A stretch of DNA of 64,000 bases, taken from Eledone cirrhosa. Lineage: Eukaryota. Shown piece by piece: positions 1 to 12,012 of the stretch. The stretch spans positions 377,208,001-377,272,000 of the forward strand of contig OZ024740.1 in assembly GCA_964016885.1 (NCBI GenBank), given 5' to 3'. The number at the start of each line of letters is the position of its first letter. Within the stretch, counting starts at the first letter, position 1. Both the position numbers and the translations under genes were made by a program. Below the pieces are notes generated by a model, which did not search any database, was not told the origin of the DNA, and worked only from the letters and a program-made list of their open reading frames with translations.

Positions 1-268
1 CCATTATTAATAATTATTAATTAATTCAATCGTGCAATGCCTGTACGTGAAGATACTTTTTAAATGAGTAAAGACTGTGTACTGAGCCAATCCCACTCTC
101 TGAACGACAGTAGCGATAACCCGAAAAGAAGAGAAGATCAACATCATCGGTAACTACTGAGCCGCAGGTTTTATACCGGAGTTATCCCAGTTTCCTGAGT
201 TGGCTTCTCCTAGACGGATGCCCTGACAAGGCTATAGGTCCTTCACTCCTAGTGGTTTAACCGCGCGA
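1..268 (-). mobile_element. 5' UTR of an RTE-clade LINE (runs off the window start)
   Basis: Reverse complement is colinear with 59820-60080, the leader upstream of the RTE APE ORF (e.g. cctgcggctcagtagttaccgatgatgttgatc). Confidence 0.8.
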
Positions 269-309
269 TACATATGTACATGTATATATACATATTTACA
301 CACTTTTGG

Positions 310-484
310 ATGGCTGCTGACTCTTATGAGTTCTTCCGCCTTTTGTCAGGTTTTGTTTTTTGGTGTCCAAAACCACCCTCCTCACCAAGTAAACTTGGTG
401 GGGTTGCCGGTTTAGTCGCCGACGACCGACCATGCGACAGGTTGTACTGGGTTACATGTTACCAGTAGCACTCAAAGAGTGACC
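310..484 (-). mobile_element. 5' fragment of the RTE-derived non-autonomous family
   Basis: Matches about 37290-37480 and 48690-48874 (accctcctcaccaag...tttagtcgccgacgaccgaccatg). Confidence 0.75.
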
Positions 485-501
485 CAACATACATACATGC
501 A

Positions 502-594
<93 letters not shown>

Positions 595-599
595 TTTGA

Positions 600-785
600 A
601 ATGTGCGCATCCATATGCAATTGGCCCTAATAGCAGTTGATCACTATCATTCATAGATGAGAAAATCTTATAAGGTACCATTAGAGATAGCGTAAAGTGA
701 ACCATGACGCCTCCGAGGAATCGAACCCCACATCTCTCATGTGCCAAGTGAGAGCGTTGGCCACTACGCTTAACAGTCTCTTGCC
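600..785 (-). mobile_element. tRNA-derived SINE-like repeat
   Basis: Minus strand has an A-box-like taagcgtagtgg and a B-box ggttcgattcc with tRNA spacing. A related fragment lies at about 1480-1600. Confidence 0.5.
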
Positions 786-989
786 ACTAATTCTGTCTTT
801 TTTGAAGATTTTAAAATCGTAGCTAAAAGTGAAAGCAAAGCTTATTTATTTAATCAATTTAAACGCCTGCATAGGGCTAGTAAGCCATGACATACTAGGG
901 GAAATGTCTTGTACTTCTTACAGCTGAGAACCTTAGAACAAGATAAACAGAGATACGTGAATATAAAAATTAAATTGAAAATTAAATAA

Positions 990-1175
990 TTGTTTCTATT
1001 TTTGGCACAAGGCCAGCAATTATCCCAGAGTGTTACTGGTACTTTATTTTATCGACCCCGTAAGGATGAAACGCAAAGTTAACGTCGGCGGTATTTGACC
1101 TCAAAACGTAAAGGGCCATAACTCTGCGATGTAAAGCATGGTTTCTGACGCTCTACCGATACTGCCAATTCTCCA
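990..1175 (-). mobile_element. SINE with Nin/Deu-like central domain
   Basis: Contains the reverse complement of tttcatccttacggggtcgataaaataaagtaccag, shared with copies at 1660, 3331, 23985, 30380 and 45305. Confidence 0.7.
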
Positions 1176-1659
1176 TTAAATAATGAAATAAAATTTAAAT
1201 AGAGAAGGCCAAATGAAGGCTAAATAAGCATAAAAAAAGATAAAGTAAAATGGAAAGCAGGGGAAGCTTGTTGTTGAATCTTTTCGTAACCTTCCTGTAC
1301 TCAAACATTTCTAAATATTTGGCAGGTATTACAATATATTGTATCTCTAATCTTGATTCATTTTTAATGATCGGCTTCAAGATGTCCTCTCCCTCTCAGA
1401 CTGATAGTTTTTACATTGGCACAAATAGTGCCAAAATGTTTCTGGGAAGTCACCACAAACATTGTAATTGAGAAAATTAGATGAAGTTCCTATTAGACGG
1501 GGAAAAAGTGAACAGAAGTGCCTACTAAGAATGGAACCACGCATCTCTCGGATGCCAGGCGAGTGCATTAGATTTTAAGACTGTAGCTAAGATTGTAAAC
1601 AAAGCAGTTGACTTACGAAAAACTGAGAATATTTTTACCCGGTTTCATTATTTATAAAG

Positions 1660-1875
1660 CCGGTGGATTGGCAGCATCGGTAGAGGGTCGGACGCCATGC
1701 TTTGCAGCATAGAGTTAAGGCCTTTTATGATCTGAGTTCAAATCCCGGCGAGGATAACTTTGCCTTTCATCCTTACGGGGTCGATAAAATAAAGTACCAG
1801 TCACACACTGGGATCGATTTAATCGACTTTCCCCTCCTCCAAAATGGCTGGCCTTGTGTCTATATAAGAAGTCAT
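1660..1875 (+). mobile_element. tRNA-headed SINE with Nin/Deu-like domain
   Basis: A-box tggcagcatcgg, B-box gagttcaaatcc, then gcctttcatccttacggggtcgataaaataaagtaccag. Confidence 0.75.
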
Positions 1876-3330
1876 TATTTACAATATTCAACTAATATTT
1901 GATCATTTGCGTTTGGATACACACATTTGAAATATTATTTTCCCAATGGTTTTGATAGCAGTCCGAGGACATCATCCATAATAACAATCATATTATTAAT
2001 CATCCCTTTCATAGCAGCAATGATCTCGATAGTAGACTCAAAGATATTATTACGGATATTATTATCAAGTTATAGTAACAGTAAAGGTTTTAATATTAAT
2101 CGTAAGATAACACATGCCCATACACATGGACACCCACGAAAGACCACAAGTAAAAATATAATGAAGTAGAATGTGGGGTATAAGATGTTTGCTAACATAA
2201 GCCTGCATCAGTAGATTTGATCATTCACATAGTTGCCAATCCCCAGGTCCTGATTACAGGTAGTCCATGTTGTCTTTGTACAGTTATGAGCTTAGATCCT
2301 GTGCTTAGGTCTATATTTGGAAGACTCGCGGCGAGTGGTGTTACTAAGTTAACTGTGTCATCCTAATCTGCTTGTTGTGTTAATATTGCCATTGGGAATA
2401 CGAGAGTTATTAGATTGTTCAGTTCGTCCCTGGTAACGCTCAATTTTGATGTTTAATTTGCTTTTTGCTGTTTATAAATGCAAAGTAATACTCTAGATTT
2501 ATAATTGTGGAGTATAGTAATTAATCACGCAGCTGATGCTTGTGAGTAGGTGGAACGTTATTATCAATTATTTTGAAGAAAGTATTTGGAATCCATATGG
2601 AGCGCTGAACCATAAATGTTTCTGTTTGTGTGTACATTTAGTTGTTTGAAGTGTTCCCGCCGATAGATGCATATGCTGTCAGTTGGGGTTGCTTGTGGAA
2701 CTTCCTACCACTTCTCTATGCATTCAATCATGATATGAAGGAATGGGTTTAGGGTTCCAATTGGTTCAGGTTCGATTTCAGTGAGGTCGCGTTCATGTTC
2801 CCATCATTTCTCTTCTAATATTTAATGAACCGATTGTTCTATCTGTTATAATTGGGTTGAATGTCTAAGCTCCAGTGACTCCCATTTAATTACCTATCCT
2901 AGTCCCTGAGGTTTCTCTAGCTTCAGGCATAATATCTATTTTATTTCTAAAACCAGATATATTAAGAGCGGTTATTAGTAAATTGCTATTGCTAATAATT
3001 ATACTAATATGTGCGTAATGCGTGTGCATATGGTGATGATTATAATCTAAAATTGTTCGCTAGGAATATACGAATTGTTCAGAAATCTTCATTAAGATGG
3101 AGTACATTAGAACACAGCAAGCGCACGGACGTAAAACAAGCTGTTCAAGTCAGATGCAGGAATATTCTCCAAGGAAATCTCCAAAGTGGTAAGATACAAC
3201 GGACCTCTAATGAAGTTTCCAGAATAAGAAAACTACGCAAGATTTTATACATAGAAACAATTGTGACAGATTCTAATAAATTTCTGTTTGCGACCTCAGT
3301 TGTGTTTTGTTAATTATTAGTTCTGTGTAT

Positions 3331-3560
3331 GGCGGTGGATTGGCAGTATCGGTAGAGTCGGATACCATGCTTTGCAGCATAGATTTACGATCCTTTACGA
3401 TCTGAGTTCAAATCCCGCCGAAGTTAACTTTGCCTTTCGTCCTTACGGGGTCGATAAAATAAAGCACCAGTAACGTAGTTGGATCGATTTAATTTTTACC
3501 CCCCCCCCCCCAAAAAAAGAAAAGAATTAGTTGCCTTGTGCCTATACTAGTATACTAGAG
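3331..3560 (+). mobile_element. tRNA-headed SINE with Nin/Deu-like domain
   Basis: Close copy of 1660-1875. Confidence 0.75.
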
Positions 3561-3799
3561 ATCGTTAATTATTAGTTCTGTAAAAGAAACACGTGCGGAA
3601 AGATTCGTATCCAGTCAAAGATAACTTAGACCGGAATTTCACGCCTTTTCCAACACCAATATTCACGTTGAGAAGGAAATAAACGGGTAAGCTGAAACTG
3701 CACTTGCTTGCATAAATAGCTTTCACTTCAATATAATTCTAAAATTTTATTGAATATTAAAGAACATCTGTTTGTATAATCTAAGCATTCCTAAATACA

Positions 3800-4138
<339 letters not shown>

Positions 4139-4140
4139 CA

Positions 4141-4860
4141 ATGATATTAAATAAATGGAAACAATATTTATAAAACCATATTTATTCTATTAAATATATT
4201 TCAAGGGTACCAAAACTTTGGTACGCACTCATCAGATAAAATACAAAGTTTGTTTTATAAATATTGACATAACCAGAAAAAATACCGTAACGGTTCAAGT
4301 TTTTCCTGTATAGTGAAGGAAAAGAGAGGAAAAATCAGATATTTCAAATTATTAAGATGAGTATGCAAATGAGGTTGAGGTATAGGGCTGAAAAAACTAA
4401 TTGATTATATATACAACATTATAACTCATAATATAGCTAAATAATTTTGAAATTCTGGAATCATATCCCACCATTCCTACAAATTGTTAATTCTTTTGGA
4501 ATTAACGTAAATACAAGCTCTTCTTTCTTTCTGTTTTTTCTTCTTCCTACTCATACATACACATATCTTAATTATTTAAATCTACATAGCGTCTAAAAAT
4601 AACGTTTTTTCAGCCCGATACCTCAACCTCATTTCCATACTCATCTTAATAATTTGAAATATCTGACTTTTCTTCTCTTTTCTTTCACTATCCAGGAAAA
4701 ACTTGAACCCTTAACGTATTTTTTCTGGTTAATGCAATATTTATAAAACAAACTTTGTATTTTATCTGATGAGAGCGTACCAAAGTGTTGGTACCCTTAA
4801 AATATATATAATAGAATAAATATGGTTTTATAAATATAGTTTCCATTTATTTAATATCAT
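4141..4860. mobile_element. Non-coding foldback element (family B), about 260-bp inverted arms each with a hammerhead motif
   Basis: 4141-4397 is the reverse complement of 4604-4860 with scattered substitutions. (TA)n lies at the left flank. Confidence 0.8.
4183..4243 (-). ncRNA. Type I hammerhead ribozyme motif
   Basis: tattttat CTGATGA gtgcgtac-caaagttttg-gtaccctt GAAA tatatt TA atagaata. Stem I 8 bp, extended by ttataaaac/gttttataa. The + copy at 4758-4818 has GAAA>AAAA and a palindromic tatata stem III. Confidence 0.75.
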
Positions 4861-5102
4861 TGAATATTATACTCCAGAATACTTGTCGAGTGCTTTGAAT
4901 CAGTTATAAACATTTATATTTGTTGAATTACCAACAAATTGAATATCCCTTTCCTTTTGCTTATATATATATATGTATATATAAAAGAAATAGGATTTCG
5001 CTTCAAGCATAGCTTTATACAATATGTATAAATATTTCGTATCTCCAAGGAAATATGGTTTTAGGAAGTCGTAGCTATGCGACTGTCGCAAGCGGTGGGA
5101 GA

Positions 5103-5148
5103 GACCGTCCTGACGAAGGCCAGTTAAGCCTGAAATGCATAGACGGTT
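5103..5148 (+). ncRNA. Type I hammerhead ribozyme
   Basis: gaccgtc CTGACGA aggc-cagttaa-gcct GAAA tgca TA gacggtt: canonical core, 7-bp stem I, palindromic stem III, AUA site. Confidence 0.9.
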
Positions 5149-5346
5149 GTCCCCCTTGCTTCTGCTGGACATCACCAGAGGGCGTTAGCCCCCCGGTGTT
5201 TGCATAGCTACGACTTCCTAAAACCATATTTCCTTGGAGATACGAAATATTTATACATATTGTATAAAGCTATGCTTGAAGCGAAATCCTATTTCTGTTT
5301 TATTATAAGTTGAGCCAACTTATGCACAGTCGCAAGCGGTGGGAGG

Positions 5347-5392
5347 GATCGTCCTGACGAAGGCCAGTTAAGCCTGAAATGCATAGACGGTT
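5347..5392 (+). ncRNA. Type I hammerhead ribozyme (second tandem copy)
   Basis: gatcgtc CTGACGA aggc-cagttaa-gcct GAAA tgca TA gacggtt. Confidence 0.88.
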
Positions 5393-5530
5393 GTCCCCCT
5401 TGTTTCTACTGGACATCACCAGAGAGCGTTAGCCCCCCGGTGTTTGCATAGCTACGTCTTCCTAAAACCGTATTTCCTTGGAGATACGAAATATTTATAC
5501 ATATTATATATATATATATATAATATAGTG

Positions 5531-5670
5531 AAGGCGTGTGGCTGAGTGGTTAGAGAATTGGATTCGCAATTGTTAGGTTGTGAGTTCGATTCCTGGACCA
5601 GGCGATGCGTTATGTCCTTGAGCAAGACACTTTATTTCACGTTGCTCCTTCTACCTGGAGTTGCGACCGA
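5531..5670 (+). mobile_element. tRNA-derived SINE (CORE-like tgtccttgagcaagacactt)
   Basis: A-box tggctgagtgg, B-box gagttcgattcc. Related to 47800-48122 (-). Confidence 0.7.
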
Positions 5671-6065
5671 TAGATAGTATTAGCAATTGGAAAGACCAAC
5701 GGAAACATTGTTCCTTCGGTCCGATTTGACGAAAGTCGATCGTTAAAGATATATAATATGTATAAATACTTCGTATCTCCAAGGAAATACGGTTTTAGGA
5801 AGACGTAGCTATGCAAACACCGGGGGGCTAATTTTTGTATATATATATATATATATATACAAAAATTAAATTAAGGGTTATATATATCAAATAAACATAT
5901 GGAACAATCACAGGGAATAATTTGTAAAGTACGTAAGTGCACATAGCTAGGTAGGTAACCAATTAAAGTTTAACCAGAACTTCAAATATAGATACGTTTT
6001 AAAAGGTATGCGATTGTTCCATATGTTTATTTTATATATATATATGTCAATCTATTTCTAGTTGA

Positions 6066-6111
<46 letters not shown>

Positions 6112-6159
6112 TATAAGTTAAAACAATGAAATAAAAAATCAAGTCATTAGAGTTATACT

Positions 6160-6299
6160 TCACTGCTTTACGATCGTTTCTAGATGGTGATAATACATTG
6201 TATCTATACTCAGTTATTGATCTATATAAGTTTACAAACTATCAGATAGAGAGAATATTTACTTATACGCATATCACCAGCTGTTTTCAAAAGCAATAA
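6160..6299 (-). ncRNA. Variant hammerhead (U3-A8 core, long stem II) in the PLE-1 terminal repeat
   Basis: ttattgctt TTGAAAA cagctggtgata...tatcaccatcta GAAA cgatcg TA aagcagtga. Stem I 9 bp, palindromic stem III, GUA site. Confidence 0.7.
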
Positions 6300-7058
6300 T
6301 AATTTTATTCAATAATAATGTTACTGAGAATTAGTATCATGTCCATATTTGGAGGTAGTTGAAGAACTAACGAATCAAATTGCTTTTTTCATATGGTGTT
6401 AAGATGAAAAGTAATACACTTTAGTTGAGGTCATGACCTTTGAAAGGAATGGTTGAAAGGTGTTAGTAGAAATGGCATAAAAATCTATTAGGAAGGAAGG
6501 GGATTGTCAAACTGATAGTTGAATGTATCTTGTATAGTGAATTTAAAAGGAATGTCAAAATAAATGGTGATTAGTGTTGTATTGAGTTTTAAGGTGAATA
6601 TAAATTAATGTTATGGCTAGGAAAGATAGTATATTAAAAGATGAAAATTATAATAAGATAATGTCATATAGTAATGCGATAATATACAACATAACCAACA
6701 GAATATAGTACGGTGTGGTAAATTGCACTCAGTATAATATAACATATTATGCGCTCTAAAATATTACTAAGTATGTTTATGCATAAACAATCAAACTCAG
6801 ATAAGTACATGTTGGCATAATTAAAACACATACATTTCATAGTCTACAAAGTGCATATATTCACACCACATATAGAGAGAGGTACAGTTATATTGATATC
6901 TAACCAAAATATACATACGTGCAAATAGATGCAAACCTAAATACACATCCACACGCATGCATATAATCATATATATACATATCCATACATAGCTATAGCC
7001 ACACATACACATCTATACCCCCATATATACATATACATATACAGATACATACACATAT

Positions 7059-7137
<79 letters not shown>

Positions 7138-7235
7138 TATATACATACATATATACATGGACATACATACATATATACATACACATATACATATATATAT
7201 ACATATACATACACACACATGTATATACATATACA

Positions 7236-7274
<39 letters not shown>

Positions 7275-7429
7275 CACATACATATATATATACACACCTA
7301 TATATATACATATATATACACATATACATACATATACATATACACACACATACACATACATACACAAGCATATACATATATACACATATACACATACATA
7401 AACATATATATATATATATACATATACAT

Positions 7430-7492
<63 letters not shown>

Positions 7493-7495
<3 letters not shown>

Positions 7496-8140
7496 TAAAT
7501 CATGTCCTTAGAATTATAAGATAAAATATATACTATTTCCTCTTCTTATTAGCATAATTAACCATATAAAAATCAATTAGACCAAGCTATAAGAAGAAAG
7601 GCTCTTATGAAGAAATCTCCGACAAATAACCGAAAGTGGCCTCTTCGCGGTGGCCCCAATAGAGTATTTATCCAACATTTCGACAGCATGTAGAAACTGA
7701 CTAAATATATCATCAACCATACACAATTAGGTGTAAAATTAAACTTAGAAGAAATGTGTACATACCGTAATTATATCTCTACCATGGTTTCATCCGTATT
7801 TTTAGACATCCAAATAATAGGAATGTCTTGAGTTAGGATTCATCAGGAGACAAACTCAAAATCAGACATCTAGTTTTCCGCGAAGAGGCCACTTTCGGTT
7901 ATTTGTCGGAGATTTCTTCATAAGAGCCTTTCTTCTTATAGCTTGGTCTAATTGATTTTTTATATGGTTAATTATGCTAATTAGAAGAGGAAATAGTATA
8001 TATTTTATCTAATAATTCTAAGGACATGATTTATGATATATTGCTCTGATTATTTAATTTATTAATTCTTCATAGAGCTTAAAAGTAACCGGTTGCAACA
8101 TATATATATCTATAACTTTATGTATATGTAAACCTTTATA
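7493..8140. mobile_element. Non-coding hammerhead-bearing element (family D) inserted in the PLE-1 3' UTR microsatellite
   Basis: 7493-7650 is repeated inverted at about 7878-8040. Same family as 44360-45228. Confidence 0.8.
7774..7852 (-). ncRNA. Type I hammerhead ribozyme with extended stem II
   Basis: tgtctc CTGATGA atcc...agacatt/gatgtct...ggat GAAA ccatgg TA gagata. Confidence 0.85.
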
Positions 8141-10842
8141 TATATATATATATATACACACACATAAATATATTTCCACATCATACATAGATGTTTATTT
8201 TCACTCATGCAATTACGGGTGGCTGTGTATCTTGTTGCCTTTAGTCATTAACGCATAAATCTAAGGAAGCTAAAACATTAAAAGGCAAAAATAAGCATGA
8301 AAGCATATAATTGGGGGAAAGAGGTACTAATAAATGTTATTCTATACGGAATTATAGTGAGTTGCTATTTAGAATATTTAATTAGGTTTATAGTATTTAA
8401 TTAGATTTATAGTATTTAAATGTTTTTCGTATACGGTGATTACAGTCTATGATCAAATCCTGTCTTTTATTTAATAAATCGTCCTTAGATTTAGTAATTT
8501 CCAAGATCTCTCCTGAACATAATCCGCATTCCCTCCTGTTTCCAAGATATGGAGTTTTTTGTAGAATGGTGTTCCACGATAAATTAAAATCTATTTTCTT
8601 CTTTTTATAATTATTTACCGCTTCAGCTAAAGATGTGGTATTGCTAGATTTGTATTGTTGAAACTACTAGAGTGTGCATAAACTATTTTCTTAAATGTGT
8701 TTGATGTAGATCCTATATATGTTTTGTTGGAGTCTGTAGTAGACACAGTGCATTTATATACTACATTATTAATCAAACAGTTTCCATTTAAGGGGCAAAT
8801 GCTTCTATTTCTACAATTACAGGCATACGTAAGATGATTATACTATTCTCATTTATCCTTGAGCTATTCCTATTGTAATTAATGATAGCAGGAGAATGAA
8901 GGTTGCTTTGTGGATAGCTTAGTACTAGTGTTGTATTATAATTTTATGTTCTGTTGTGTTTGTGTTGGTGATTTGGGTGGTTGTGTTTTCTAGGTTTAAG
9001 GATTGTATTATTTGTCTTTTTAAAAGATTCAGCCCTATTTAAATTATGTTGCGGTGGTGTAGTCATATTATTTTTAAGTTTATAAATGTTGTAGTTGCTT
9101 ATGTTTTGTTTGAGGTTGTTTGATATAGAGTATTTAACAGTATATTTGTTAAATATTTGGTGGTATCTGTGGTTTGGTGGAAAATGTTTATGTAGTATTT
9201 CAAAGAATATTTTGGGTATTTGTCCAAGAGTTTGCAGGTTGAAGGGTGCGTTGTACCATGTTATGTTTCTTTTGCGGTTTTTAGTTAAGTTTTTATTATC
9301 CCTTATATTATTGTGTTGTGCTCTAGAAGAGTTCCTATGGTTAGTGTCCTTAATTGTGAAATTTGGTAAATCATCGTGGCTGTATTTGGTGTTATTTTTG
9401 GGTAGATTATGAGATTTTGAGAGCTTGGTATTCATATGTGGGTTGATAAACATTGGTCATAGATCGTGTAGTAATAGTTGTTGTGGTTTTTCGGTTGTTT
9501 GGTGTAATAGGAATAACCACTTTAAGTATTTGTTTCAATGGTATTTTTTGGTGTTTGTAGTTTTTGTTAGGTTTTATGTTTTGGTCCATAGTAGTGTTGG
9601 GGATATATGGGATCTTTTCTTTATATCCACTTCTAGTTAAGGCCTCGTTGTAGAAGGGTGCATTATTATAAAATATATCTTCATTGGAAGATAATTTAGA
9701 AAGTCTAAGAGAAATGTTATATACTAAGTTCTTGAGTATAGAGCCTGGGTGGTTAGATCGTGAATGTACATAATGTAGATTCTGGTTAGGTTTGTAGTAT
9801 GGTTGATAAGTATTGTTATCTAACAATCTTAGCAATTCCAATATAGAGAAGAACAAAAAGCAAATTAGATAATTCCCCAAGGACAATTACAGCCTTAACA
9901 TCACTTTTGAAAACACTTCAAAAGTAGCTAATTTCCTTGATGTTACCTAAATCTCTCTAAGTATTCGTAGAGAGATTTAAGGTAACATCAAGGAAATTAG
10001 CTACTTTTGAAATGTTTTCAAAAGTGATGTTAAGGCTGTAATTGTCCTTGGGGAATTATCTAATTTGCTGTTTGTTCTTCTCTATATTGGAATTGCTAAG
10101 ATTGTTAGATAACAATAGACAATCATCCCGATAAAGACCACCTTTGAGGTGGGGAAAAAGTCATTAATGTTACAGAGGAGAAATAGTCCAACGACGTCTG
10201 TAACTTGAGCAGAGTCCATGGATCCCATCGTAATATCGAATAAGTTGTTATACGTATTTATTGTCCAATATTCATCTTGAAAGTTTAGTAAGGTTTTTCT
10301 AGCGTGCGTTATGATGTTGATTTCCTCAGTAGATAAATTCGATCTATTTCTGGCAAAGATTAGTGCTTTGTTTAAAAGAATTGGAGAAATCGAAGAATAG
10401 TAGGAATTTAATGTCGAATTTAATGAATGAAGCTGAGTTTTTATTCTCATTACTAGTAAACCATTCGATAACTTGGGAAGTGTTATCCCATAGTGGATGC
10501 GATACAAATGTTCTAATTTGCGGAATGATACGATCAACAATCTTTTTGCTGATATTACCGATATCAGATTTTGATGGGCATATCAGTCTAATAGATGGGT
10601 TCGAGTTCAAGTCAGATTTATGGTCTTTCAGGTTGAAGTGTGGGCTTTTAGGCATGAAAGGCTCAGTCCTATCTTCAATCTAGAACTTTTTTAATATATC
10701 ACATGATATGTTTACTATATCACATGATATGTTGTTGAAGGGGATTAGTGCGGTGGTGCATTTTGCTCCTTTAATATATTTTTCATAATTGATTATAATA
10801 TTTAGTTGAGCTCTTTTTTTTTTATCTAATTCCTGTATCACA

Positions 10843-11361
10843 ATGGAAAAACAATATTTGGATACTGCGTTGAAGAATATTCCAATTCCACCTAAAGATG
10901 AATATCTACTCTTACTCATACAAAGAACTAACCAATTTATTAGGAGAATGAGATGGAGGGCCTACCATTTTGACAACAAAACTAATACAAATGAAATGAA
11001 GTACCGCTATGGATTCAAAACATACAAAAATCCTCCTCATAATATTCAACTGGAAAATTTTGAGAGCGCCCTACTGAATTTGATTAAAAACATAAAGTTC
11101 AGAAAACACAAATCAGAATTCCAAAGGGGATTAGACTCTACCCTTCTACAACTGAAAAATTTAAAAAAGGCCCATGTCCATTCTGACAAAACTGGTAACT
11201 TGTACCATATGGATATCGATAAATATAACCAGTTCATATATAAAGAACTTAGAAAGAACTATAAGAAAGCAAATACCACCGCACTAACATCCTTGAACAA
11301 CATATCATGTGATATAGTAAAAAAGCTCCAGATTGAAGATAGGACAGCCTTTCACGCCTAA
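10843..11361 (+). pseudogene. Inverted N-terminal part of the PLE-1 ORF
   Basis: MEKQYLDTALKNIPIPP...RRMRWRAYHF...YGFKTYKNPP...DKTGNLY aligns with ORF 15855-16562. Confidence 0.85.
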
Positions 11362-11411
11362 AAGCCCACACTTCAACCTGAAAGACCATAAATCTGACTT
11401 TAATTAATTTA

Positions 11412-11551
11412 TTATTGCTTTTGAAAACAGCTGGGGATATGCATGTAAGTAAATATTCTCTCTATCTGATAGTTTGTAAACTTACATAGATCAATAACTG
11501 AGTATAGATACAATATATTATCACCATCTAGAAACGATCGTAAAGCAGTGA
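11412..11551 (+). ncRNA. Second copy of the U3-A8 hammerhead (PLE-1 inverted terminal repeat)
   Basis: Same core and stems as 6160-6299. Confidence 0.7.
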
Positions 11552-11727
11552 AGTATATCTCTAATGACTTGATTTTTTATTTCATTGTTTTAACTTATAT
11601 CAAGACTCTGTTTTCCTTTTAATGTTTTATTGTTTTCTGAGATTTATCTTAACCTACAACATTTTCAACATATGGATTACATTGAGTTCTTCATACAGAA
11701 TAGACCCCACAACTTACAGTGGATACC

Positions 11728-11819
<92 letters not shown>

Positions 11820-11958
11820 AATTGAAATACTAGAGTGTGTTGGAGTTAGACACTCTCTTCGTATTATAGAAATGACAGTAAAGGTATAGCTCAATGTAAT
11901 TAAACAGAGCCGAAGAATTATGAAAATATACCAAAGAAGCCTTCAATACATCAAAAGT

Positions 11959-12012
11959 CTTTATTAGCCAACAATGTTTCGTCCTATTAAGGACTCATCA
12001 GGGCAATTAAAG
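11959..12012 (-). ncRNA. Type I hammerhead ribozyme in the PLE-2 3' region
   Basis: ctttaattgcc CTGATGA gtcc-ttaata-ggac GAAA cattg TT ggctaataaag. Confidence 0.85.

Larger units (their letters stand above)
4983..5505 (+). mobile_element. Retrozyme-like element (family C): about 1.7 tandem 244-bp units preceded by an inverted terminal piece
   Basis: Direct repeat with a 244-bp offset (5110 vs 5354). 4983-5080 and 5748-5830 are inverted copies of the unit 3' part. (TA)n flanks. Confidence 0.85.
6110..11600 (-). mobile_element. Rearranged, degenerate Naiad-type Penelope-like element (PLE-1)
   Basis: Minus strand carries RT fragments (LICPSKSDIG, ITMGSMDSAQVTDVVGLFLL) at about 9600-10780 and a GIY-YIG region CNCRNRSICPLNGNC...VVYKC...YIGSTSNTFK...CGLC...LLNKR at about 8420-8825. 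The N-terminus (KNIPIP...RRMRWRA) is inverted on + at 10843-11400. Terminal repeat 6110-6305 recurs inverted at 11404-11600. Confidence 0.85.

Noticed and set aside
2170-2930. Possible decayed LINE coding sequence on the minus strand
   Set aside because: Only isolated short motifs, no frame I could support.
4141-4860. All inverted repeats being assembly or amplification artefacts
   Set aside because: Arms here and at 17871/20065 and 30559/31508 differ by multiple substitutions and follow element boundaries, which favours real insertions. Perfect palindromes such as 58001-58240 still need long-read confirmation.
5531-5600. tRNA gene
   Set aside because: A and B boxes are present but there is no acceptor stem, and it continues into a SINE body.
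6821-7503. Long ORFs of YI/VC/HT repeats (also near 29400-30250, 33600-34200, 39700-41700, 53750-54500, 56000-57000)
   Set aside because: Translations of (TA)n/(CA)n/(GA)n microsatellites, which lack stop codons by construction.
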